IMG/VR virus record: IMGVR_UViG_3300006737_000029
Span: 1-64,000 of that record
Length of the DNA stretch: 64,000 nucleotides
Origin: a virus
Direction: 5' to 3' (one strand)
The notes beneath the pieces were generated by a model. It did not search any database and was not told the origin of the DNA. It worked only from the letters and a program-made list of their open reading frames with translations. Within the stretch, counting starts at the first letter, position 1, and each line of letters opens with the position of its first letter. Positions 27,848-37,900 of this stretch are shown here, piece by piece. Both the position numbers and the translations under genes were made by a program.

Positions 27848-28555
27848 TCAAAGTGTGAAAACATTTGGATCATCTTCTGATGTTAATACGATCTCTTCTT
27901 GTTCAGATACCATATCATCTATGATGTCTTCTTTAAAAGTATCATTAGCAATTTCAGTAGCTACATCTTCTACTGTCTTCTCATCAGTCTCATCCTCATC
28001 TGGATCAGCTGGTGTATTTAATACTTCAGCTTCAACTTCAGCAATGGCATCCTCTAAATCAATTTGATTCTCATCTACCTCATCTTCAGTTTCTTCTGAG
28101 TCAGTAACTTTAACATTTTGTAAATCTTCTAATGTTGATGCATTAGCTGCGTTAGCTTCTCTAATTGCTTGACCGTTGTTATGTGCAATTAAAGTATCTT
28201 CTAACATTCCTGTTGCATCATACTTAGTAACCCTGTATATTGGCTGTCCATCAAGACAACATACTATATCAGTCTTACCTGCCATCTTAAGGTTTCTTTC
28301 TTCACCATCAAATGACTCTTGTACAACTATGTTACCTGGTAACTTCTTGTACTTCTTTATACCTGAAGCAATTAACTCTTCAGTCTTACCGTGGATTAAT
28401 GTTGAAATTGTTTTTACGTTGATCCAACCATTACTAATCATGGTCTTCTCTTGTGTTAATCTAACGTGAGCATATTCTGCATTTCTTTTAGATACTCTGA
28501 TTGTGTTACCCATGTCATCTTTGACAATAGTAACTGGTTTGTTTTTAAAATTCAT
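27848..28555 (-). CDS. hypothetical protein with long acidic tail
   Basis: Globular N-terminal half, D/E-rich C-terminal ~90 aa. Confidence 0.7.
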   Translation of the reverse strand: MNFKNKPVTIVKDDMGNTIRVSKRNAEYAHVRLTQEKTMISNGWINVKTISTLIHGKTEELIASGIKKYKKLPGNIVVQESFDGEERNLKMAGKTDIVCCLDGQPIYRVTKYDATGMLEDTLIAHNNGQAIREANAANASTLEDLQNVKVTDSEETEDEVDENQIDLEDAIAEVEAEVLNTPADPDEDETDEKTVEDVATEIANDTFKEDIIDDMVSEQEEIVLTSEDDPNVFTL

Positions 28556-28588
28556 TGGTTTTAATTTATTTAAACACTCTGTTAATTA

Positions 28589-28843
28589 TTATATGTCTTC
28601 TTTGCTTTGGTCATAATGTTCCCGTAACTTTTCTTCATCAGTAACATTGTGTAATGCATAAGGATCTTTTACCTTTGCTTGCTTTTTTGTTTTACTGGAG
28701 AATGGTTTGTACCATGGATTATTAATTTCCATTAATTGTGAAGGACTAAGACACTCAAGGTCCCTCAACTCCTCATCAGTCATATCTAAATATGCTTCTG
28801 TGGATATTTCTATTGTGTGGCCGTTGGCTAGTTGGTATAACAT
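28589..28843 (-). CDS. hypothetical protein
   Basis: MLYQLANG.TIEIS.E.YLDMTDEEL; TATTTTTG element at 28865-28872. Confidence 0.65.
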   Translation of the reverse strand: MLYQLANGHTIEISTEAYLDMTDEELRDLECLSPSQLMEINNPWYKPFSSKTKKQAKVKDPYALHNVTDEEKLREHYDQSKEDI

Positions 28844-28938
28844 TTTATTTTTATTTTTTATTCACAAAAATAATAATACTATGTCACGTAGTAACTAACC
28901 TTGACTCACAATTTTTAAAATTTATAGTAGTATTATAG

Positions 28939-29430
28939 CTATCTCTCTTCCAGCTTCTGCATATTGCTGTATAATAAGCTTGATATAATACTATTTACAG
29001 GTAAAATATCTATATAATCTACTTGATTATCACGTATTTTTAATTTTAAATCATCAGTAACACCGTATGATTCAACATTAAAGGTAGTATCATAGGAACA
29101 AAATGCTCCATATCCACTACTATCTTTTATTTTACCTAAGAATAATGTTTCATTATTAAGTTTAAATGCATAACCTTTATCAAGTAGTACATCTAACTCA
29201 CCTAAATCTTTAATCTTCCAATCCTTTTTAATCTTATACAAGATAAAGTCTTGCTCATTAAGTATAAGAGGTTGAGGTTGATTAATAACTAAATGTAATA
29301 TTAAGTTTATATATGACTCACCACTTTTTAACATTAAATTAGAAACATAGTCTTTAATGTGATCAGGTACGTTATTGTTTAATACCTGATCACATATTAG
29401 TTTCTTAATTACATCTTCATGAACTTCCAT
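28939..29430 (-). CDS. hypothetical protein
   Basis: 163-aa ORF. Confidence 0.65.
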   Translation of the reverse strand: MEVHEDVIKKLICDQVLNNNVPDHIKDYVSNLMLKSGESYINLILHLVINQPQPLILNEQDFILYKIKKDWKIKDLGELDVLLDKGYAFKLNNETLFLGKIKDSSGYGAFCSYDTTFNVESYGVTDDLKLKIRDNQVDYIDILPVNSIISSLLYSNMQKLEER

Positions 29431-29741
29431 TATACTGCTACCTCCTGTAATCTATCAACAATCATCTCTTTTGTTTCATCAGATGTATGATCAGCATTCA
29501 TTATCTCACGAAATACTGCCAAGACTGCTGCTAGTTTACCATTACTGGTTTGTATCATGTTCTCTAAAGATACTAATTCTTCTACTTGTCTAGATAATCT
29601 GTTCTCCATAGACTGTATAAGCTTTGGTAACTTAAGTTCTTTGTCTTCATTATATCCTTTGACTAATTTATCATGTAATTCAGTCATAGGTTTTATAGCT
29701 GGTGGCACTTGTGGCCCGTCTATAAGTTGGAATTCTTTCAT
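29430..29741 (-). CDS. coiled-coil hypothetical protein
   Basis: 103-aa ORF, coupled to neighbours. Confidence 0.6.
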   Translation of the reverse strand: MKEFQLIDGPQVPPAIKPMTELHDKLVKGYNEDKELKLPKLIQSMENRLSRQVEELVSLENMIQTSNGKLAAVLAVFREIMNADHTSDETKEMIVDRLQEVAV

Positions 29742-30460
29742 AAATTTAAATCTTTTAGTGTTAAGTTAATTACATATGCATGTCTATCATAACATACATT
29801 CTCTGATTTTCCTGCTTTGTCTAAGATTATACTTTGGTTTTCCTTCAAATGATTCAATATAAAAGAGGTAATCTTTGACATTCTTTTGACATCATCAATG
29901 TTATCCCAGTTATTCTTAAAATTTATACCTGGCTTATTATACTTTATATCAATAGTAGTAGTAACATCACCCCATTCTTGTATTCTCATCTGAACATCAA
30001 CAATATCAACATCCTTATGGTTGTATTCATTGAACAATTTATATGGTAAGTTTAAAACTAAACCATTGCCAGTTACTACAATACTTGGAGTATTACCATA
30101 CTTAGCATCAAACATAAGGATAAGATCTTTTACCCACTTACCTCTTTTAGAATGGATGAAGTAACTTATATCAGTTATGTCTGTAACTTTGTTGTATCTC
30201 TGTACAACACTGTTCATATAATAACTGTTTGCTACTGTAATATCATTAGTGTTTGACCATATATTTAATGTATTACCTTTAAATATATTTCTACCTCTAA
30301 CAATGTTAGTTGGTTTCTTCATCCCATGTTCCATGCTTGGGTTTACGTCTGTAGTCTTTGTTAGACTTGTGAGCTTTTGTTTTATACGGTTCATAACCGA
30401 GTTCAAGGTCCACTTTCCGTTTAATACTTCTCTTCTGTTGCTTAGATAATTTTCTTCCAT
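29738..30460 (-). CDS. hypothetical protein
   Basis: 240-aa ORF. Confidence 0.7.
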   Translation of the reverse strand: MEENYLSNRREVLNGKWTLNSVMNRIKQKLTSLTKTTDVNPSMEHGMKKPTNIVRGRNIFKGNTLNIWSNTNDITVANSYYMNSVVQRYNKVTDITDISYFIHSKRGKWVKDLILMFDAKYGNTPSIVVTGNGLVLNLPYKLFNEYNHKDVDIVDVQMRIQEWGDVTTTIDIKYNKPGINFKNNWDNIDDVKRMSKITSFILNHLKENQSIILDKAGKSENVCYDRHAYVINLTLKDLNL

Positions 30461-30600
30461 TTTTTTTCATTTTATTAATTTGCTATTTGATTAAACAATT
30501 GCTATATATACTAAGATAATTACGAATAATAAATATATCATTGGTATAAGCCAAGTTATATGTTTTTTATACTTGTGTACAAGGTGCATTAATCTTTCCA

Positions 30601-30876
30601 TCATCTTATAATTGTTGTATCCTGTGTCTCAGGATTAATTTGATATTCTATTTCTTGGTAGTAATACAAAGATACATTGAATCTATTTGGATCAGATGGA
30701 TGATATAATGTATCCATATGCCATCCAGTTCTTGTATCATCTTCATGATTTATTGTATCACTGCTTACTACTATGTGTGTGCACATACTTATAGTAAATA
30801 CTAAACATATAAGTATTGCCCATGATTTTGTTGATCTTGGTTTCATCTTATTTAATTTTTTAAAGGTGACTAACAT
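30601..30876 (-). CDS. membrane-anchored hypothetical protein
   Basis: WAILICLVFTISMC hydrophobic segment; start may be ATG 30846. Confidence 0.55.
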   Translation of the reverse strand: MLVTFKKLNKMKPRSTKSWAILICLVFTISMCTHIVVSSDTINHEDDTRTGWHMDTLYHPSDPNRFNVSLYYYQEIEYQINPETQDTTIIR

Positions 30877-30885
30877 TATTCTTTT

Positions 30886-30981
30886 ATGGGCACACGAACT
30901 CAGAACCTATTTACCCATTACGGTGGAGATTTAATTTTACCTGAGTTATTGTGTGTTATTCCCACCCTAGCCTAGACTAGG
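30886..30981 (-). ncRNA. candidate structured leader/ncRNA
   Basis: Nested stems 30886-30890/30961-30965, 30891-30895/30951-30955, 30897-30903/30941-30947 and hairpin 30966-30981. Confidence 0.4.
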
Positions 30982-31345
30982 ATTGACCTTAATATTTTTA
31001 ATATTGCGGTTATGTATATGCTCATCCTATAGAGAGAGAAGAGACTATATATGTTATTGTAGTACTATAGTGTAGTACTAGATAGTTTGTACCACTAATA
31101 ACAGTCATGATAGCTATATTATTAATATGTACTATGTAAACAGTCATGTGGTAAAAAGTGGAGAATAATGGTAAATGAGACCACATCCTCACACTTTTAC
31201 ACACATAAAATGTTTTTTTCCTAACTTTTTCTTAGGTTTTCTTGGAATTGCAGGACAAATGACACAAATATCACAAGTAAGTATGCATGATAGTGATTTA
31301 TCCTAGAAGAAACACCAACTCAAGTCAGTGTTTTCTCTCTGGAAC

Positions 31346-31753
31346 CTACGCAGTAGGTAGTCCAGCCCAGTAACAGTTAGTAACAGGCTTGGCTGTTTTA
31401 CGGTTGATTACTGGTTTAGCTGGCGTTAAAGACCCATCTTCTTGTTCTTCAACAAGTACGTCTAGTGTGAAGGTGTCACCAACTTTAGGCAAGTCTTTAG
31501 GCTTGGCCTTTGTAACATCCATTGGTACAAAGTAGTTGTGACCGAAGTTTGGTAGAAGTGAGAAGCCTCTGGCTTTTATCTTCCCAAACTGCATTACAGT
31601 GTCACCGGTATTACTACCACGGTTGTCACGTAACTTAGTAACTCTTTCCACGTCAGCTGCTGTGCAATGATTTTCACAGAAGATGACTGCTTTCTTTGAT
31701 TTAGCTACTGATTTGAAGTGTAGCTCTTTCTGAACTTTGATTAGATTTCCCAT
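31346..31753 (-). CDS. hypothetical protein, first gene of the - block
   Basis: 135-aa ORF, visibly less AT-rich than its flanks, followed by a hairpin at ~31308-31335. Confidence 0.7.
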   Translation of the reverse strand: MGNLIKVQKELHFKSVAKSKKAVIFCENHCTAADVERVTKLRDNRGSNTGDTVMQFGKIKARGFSLLPNFGHNYFVPMDVTKAKPKDLPKVGDTFTLDVLVEEQEDGSLTPAKPVINRKTAKPVTNCYWAGLPTA

Positions 31754-31944
31754 TTTTGTTTAATTTTTAAGGGTTAATTACTCCCTGTCTCCACAGTATT
31801 CTTTACCGGGGTACAACAGGTTCAGAACAAAGTTGGGGAGCCGCAGTGTAGGACCCAACTAAATTGCCATGCACACAATTTTTATAATTACTGGATATGT
31901 GTTAAAGTGTAGGGGGGTTTGCTAGGAATATTTTTATTATTTTT

Positions 31945-31953
31945 GTATATTAT
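31945..31953 (+). promoter_or_regulatory. GTATATTA motif
   Basis: ttttGTATATTATag, 26 nt before ATG 31971. Confidence 0.55.
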
Positions 31954-31970
31954 AGTATAGCATTTTTAAT

Positions 31971-34900
31971 ATGTCAAGAAAATTAAAAAATAAGAGTAAG
32001 AAAATATTACCAAAGGCTCAGTCAGGAAGATTTTTAATTGGGTCAAATTCTCCTAGGTTTGTGCCTCCTAAAATAAGACCTAATTTTGTTCGGTCACTTA
32101 GGAATTATTATCCTAACCTTGACATTAGGGGAATAGGTACTCAACCTAATTTGTTTAGTGGAATTAATGAGTTAGGTATGCCTACAAGTAATTTTGCTAA
32201 TCTTACAGATTATGAGAAAACAGCATTAGGAAGATTCAACATAGGAGAATATCAACCAGTTGATTCTAGGTTTAATAATCTTGTACAAAACTACCAGCAT
32301 CTTAATACTGATAAGAATCTAGCTATAGACATGGCAAACATGGCGGTGGATTTTAGTCAAACTAGTCCTGGATCGTATTTTGAAGTATTAACAAAAGGAG
32401 AGCCGTCTTCTTTTATGTCTGAAATATTTAGAGATCCTAATATTAATGTTTTTAACGCAAGGAATCCAATAGTTAATGATGGAACGTATGATTATAATAA
32501 TCCATATGCTGGAAATTTTAGAGATAATTTTACAGGTGAATTTGAAAAGAATTTAAGGTCATATGGTAAGCATGGTTTTTATGCTAATCAGGTTCCATTA
32601 TCAGGAGCAACTGAGATAGCTAATAGGTTTATGCCTGCAAATATGCAACTTAGACCCATTACAAGTTATGGTAAGGGTGATAATTATTTTGCAAACCAAA
32701 TGAGTTTAGCACCTAAAGGAACATATCCCTATAATATAACAACAAGACCAGGATATGACTACTTACAAGTAGGTAGTCCTGTAGCTGATTACATGGTAAC
32801 TGGTTCAACAATGTATAACGTTGACCCAATTAGTAACTTAGGTAAGTATAGAGGAAGAGGTGAAATGGATAATCAGCATAATTTCTTATTAGGTCGTACT
32901 AATAGTCCATCAATAATTTTATCAGGGGATCAAGGATTTGCAGGTATGCAGGGGGGAAATGATAAAAGAAGGTTGTGGAGTGGGATAGAAACGCCAGGGC
33001 GTGGAAAAAACGTACCAAACTTAAATACAAACCTATCTCCTCTTTTAAGAGAGACATTTAATCTTAATACTCCGTTTCAAGGAACGTTTATGAAGTTTCC
33101 TTATATGAATACGTATGAAAGAACAATAGACGGTAACATACCACGGACAGAAAGAATTGGGGCAGATGGAAAAGTAGAAGAAATATCCAGCTGGAACATT
33201 GATGATAGACATAAATCTTTTAATGATTTAACATCTGATAATCGTATAGCATATAGAAAGAATTTTGATTGGCTAAGACCAATGAGTAGAGAAAATCATT
33301 TTTATCCTGGTACTTTTCTTAAACAAGACGGATCTCCGTTTAACGTAGACTTTGACTATACAAGAGGTGTACCAGCGAACCCAAAATTAGGACAAATAGA
33401 TCAGTATATCCCAAGCTATTTTTTAGGATTTGATTGGGGTATGAAACCGAACTATGGTCTTCCTAATAAGTATAAGTATCTTGATGATTTTGATATTAAA
33501 AGTCTACCTAACTTAAGAGATAAAAAAGAAAAAGGCGGAGAGCTTCCAAAGGCGCAATTTGGTAAAGGTTTGTTTGGAAATTTATTTAAAAAACCAAATA
33601 TAGGATTAAAAGGGGGTAAACAATATGATTACGCTAATAAGAGATTTGTACAACCAAAAGCACTTGAAAATACAAATATATATAGAAAAACTGCTTCAGA
33701 AAGAACACATCCAGTTATTGGTGATTATTCTTTTAGCAGTATGCAAGGTGAATATGATTGGTTACAAAATGCTAATCAAATGTCAGACAAGTTTGTTATA
33801 GCCAAGAATCCTATATATAATAATGATGGACAGTTGATTTCTTATGATATGCCTAATTTAACTAATGATGGCTATCTGACATTAAATGATTTTTTTGATA
33901 GATCAGGTGATGAAAATTTTAAAAGCCTTTTTAAAACAGAAAAATCTATAGATGGTCTTTTACAAGACATAAATAAACAAGGATTATTTCATTTAGATAT
34001 GCATTCTAATAATATTATGGTAAAACCAGGTTTTGGTGGTAGTATATTAGATTATAAAATAATTGATCCTGTTGGGTTACCTCAAATAACCCGTGACATG
34101 GACTTCTCAACTTTTGCACCACTAGAATTTAATCAATTAAAATTAAATTTACATCCTACGTTTTATCCAGAAACAACACAATCTACAAGGTTTAATAATG
34201 TAATGGATTTCTATGGTGGTATAGAAAAAGACAGATACGGAACTATACTTCTTCCTAATGAAGCAAAATTTAATTCTAAAGGAGAGTGGAAAAAAGAAGG
34301 TGGACAATTACCAAAAGCTCAGATGGGTAGATTTAAATTTTCTCCTAAAGTTAGAAATAAAATGACTACGGATGGTAATCTGTTACCTGTTAAAAAGTTT
34401 GATAAACTAATAGCTAGAAATTTTACAACTGGTGAACAACAGTATTTACAAAACCTTCTTTTATCTAATCCTAGTTTAGTACAAAATGGAAACATAAATC
34501 TTAATAATCTTGAACTAGCTGCAGATAAAAGTGCAATGAGTTTTAAATTTCAAGATATAAATGATTTTGATACACGTATGGTTAATGGTGTTGAAGGTGT
34601 AAGATCTAGATGGACTGATGTAGGTTCTGTAGATCCAACATTCACTTATTTAACTGGTGATACACCTGATTTTGGACTTTACAGGTATCCAGAAATACTA
34701 CCATCACAGTTTAGCTACTTAAATCAAAGTAATGTGCGTAGTCCTTACATGCAATTTAAAGGTGATCAAATTACTCCAACAAATTTCTCTATAGGAATGA
34801 CTGGATTAAATAAACCATACTTAGATAATCATCATGATGGGCTGCATATACTTGATCCAGGAGCTCATGGATGGATGAGGGGTTTTGTGGATAAAAGATT

Positions 34901-37900
34901 TCCTAACAGATATAATCTAAAAGAACTTCAGACTGATATTAATAAAGATCCTATGTTTGATCTTTTAAAGTCTAAAAATATTTCTCAATTATCTGAACAA
35001 GTAGATAAATCAAAATTTAGAATAGGTAAAAATGAAAAGGAAATAGCAAGAACACAGAATGAATTACAACTTATTCAACAAAGAAAAAATGAAATATATG
35101 GGCGTGATGAATATACTGATGAACTTGCAGAATTAGAACGTTTAGAAGAAGGTTTAACTCAGTCGTTGGAACATCATATGAAGAATTATCCACTTGCTAA
35201 AAGAATCATGGCTAATAGTGATGGTGATATGAGTAATTTAATTCAACTATCAAGAATAGGATTTGATCCTTATGCTAGACTAAATAATGAAGCGTTTGCT
35301 TTCTTGCAGGATAAAGGTTTTAATGAAATTGTAATACCAAATGCTAAAACAATAGCTCAAATACAAGGATGGGATCCAGACTTACCTAATAGTTATAAAG
35401 GTACTTTAAATTATTATAATACATTACAAAACAATTCTCAATTAACAAATACTGGTAATACTTTTGACTTAGATAACTATAGTGGTAATATATTTAATTT
35501 ACAACGTACACAAAAACCGTTTGAATTATTTAAAAAATATGGTGGTCAAACTTCAACATATTCTTTAGATACAAAACATAAAAATTATAAAAAAGGCGCA
35601 GAAATATATAAATATGGTGGTCAAACTTATAGTATGGAAAAAGCACAAAATGGAAAAGAAACTAATACATATGATCAAGAATATGGTATGTTTGAAAATT
35701 GGCTTCAAGAGCAAGAAGCTAGTTGGGATTATATAAAAAATACTCCTTCTTCTGTATTAAAACCTGATGGTAAAACATATTATATGATGTATGAAGATAA
35801 CAAATTCTACCCATATTATTTTAAAAACTCTGATGGTACAGTAGAAACTGAAGCTACAGTTGGTTTTGGAATGAAAGGTGCAGATGTGTATGAAACATAT
35901 AAAGACGGAATGTCCCTAGAAGAGGCAGAAACAGGTAGAAAAAAAGATATTGACAATGCTTTAAGAAAAACTAAAATATTTATTGATGCTAACTACGGAG
36001 AAGGAGAATATGATAAATTAGATGCTAGAGAAAAGTTTATGCTAGCTGATTTTACTTATAATCTTGGAAAATTAAGTAAATATCCAAACTTTGCTGATGC
36101 AATAATGACTAATAATTTTGATAAAGCATTAGCAGAATATATCAGGAAAGATCAAGAAGGTGGAACAGAATTAGGTAGAAATGATGCTTATTTAAATACT
36201 TATTTACAACCTTGGATAAACAGTGAACAAGAAAAAATAGCAGAGGAAGCAGCTAATTTAGAAAGAATGAATAATTTAATGCAAGAACAACTTGTAATTC
36301 CAGCAGATAATACAATGGTAGGTCAAAACTCATTTGGTGGATGGAAAGCAGGGGGTGAAACAATTAAAAATAAAAAAATGAAAACAAAAGACTTAGATTA
36401 TTTTAAAAATGGCGGTAGTTTAAAAAAAGCACAGAATGGATTTTCTGGTGCATCACTTCTTTCTAACCCAAATAATCAGCAAAGCTCTTTAATGAATAAA
36501 ATGCAAAATATACTATATCAAAATCAAGTTGATCAGTATTATGAGCCATATGGAGGAAAAGAGGAGTATGAGAAAATGAGAAGATGGGCACAATATCAAG
36601 ACGCATTAGCTAGTGGTAATGAATCAGTAATAAATGCATACAAATCATTATATCCTGAGTTTGAAAATATGTCATATGGTGATGCCTTTGCGTTATCTAG
36701 ACAATCACAAGAATTTGCAAGTCCAGGAGCGTTTGGTTTAGAAGGTGAAACTAACACAATGTTTAAAATGCCTTACGGTGATGATGGAATGCCTAATTTT
36801 AGATGGAATAATCAAGTATATGGTGTTGAAGAGGGTGATGATAATATTTTTGATTGGAGAACTGGAGACCAAATTGATAATATGTTTGGTGATATAGATC
36901 AACAAATGAATATGGACTTTCTTATAGCTAATCCTGATTTGACTAATGCAAACCCTGAAGATTATTATAACTATATGGTAGAATACTATAAGGATGATAA
37001 AGATAAGTCAAGGCTATTAAGAGACATAAAGAAAAATAATCCAAAAAATTATTTAAATATGTTATCTCCTTCTATGAATTCTGGATTATATAATGCATTA
37101 CGTACTCAACAAGGACTAGATGCTAGTTTAGATCCATCTGGTTGGAATGATCCTGACGGTGACGAGATTGTTGAAGACTCTGATATTAAGAGTTTATATA
37201 ATCCTGAGATTAATTATGTAGATAATATAGGCGGAGGTGCTGGTTATACAAGCATGAGTGGTGACCATGGTTATGCTGCTTGGCAAAATGTTCCTTTATC
37301 TAACGTAGCTGGAGATTATCAGGATATGGGTACAAATCAACATGCTGTTGATTCATATTTAGCTTCTGATCAATTTAACTTAGGATCAGAGGCTGCAAAA
37401 AAATGGTTAGCTAATTATAATAAAGAAAATTTAGCAACCTTTAAAGAAGACTTTGGTAAAGCATGGTTTACTAATTCTGATCCAAACTCTGCATATCCAA
37501 GTCAAACTTTAAATAAAGAACAATATAATAAGTTTTTAGAATATACACCTGGTCAAGAAGGTGAAGGCCGTAATGATCTTTTTGAAAATATATATAACGC
37601 AATGAATCACCAAATTGCTACAAATAATATTGGTAATAACACACTTACTTTTAATAACCCAAATAATAATGAGGAAGATTTGTTAGACTTTGCTAATGGA
37701 GACATGTATGAATATCTTAAAGATAGAAGAATGGGATTGCTTAATGCTAAAGGAGATAGATTTAATGCAGGAAAAGCAAATTTGTGGGGACAAACAGTTC
37801 CTGTAACAAATGAAAGATCAAATCAACCAACAAGTTTTTATGAAGCAAATGTAAGTAAACCGTGGAATAATGTTCTTAACTGGGCTAATGCTCCAACGGG

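Noticed and set aside
31022-31204. 60-aa ORF in the strand-switch region
   Set aside because: Low-complexity AT-rich sequence with no coupling to neighbours and no motif; probably non-coding
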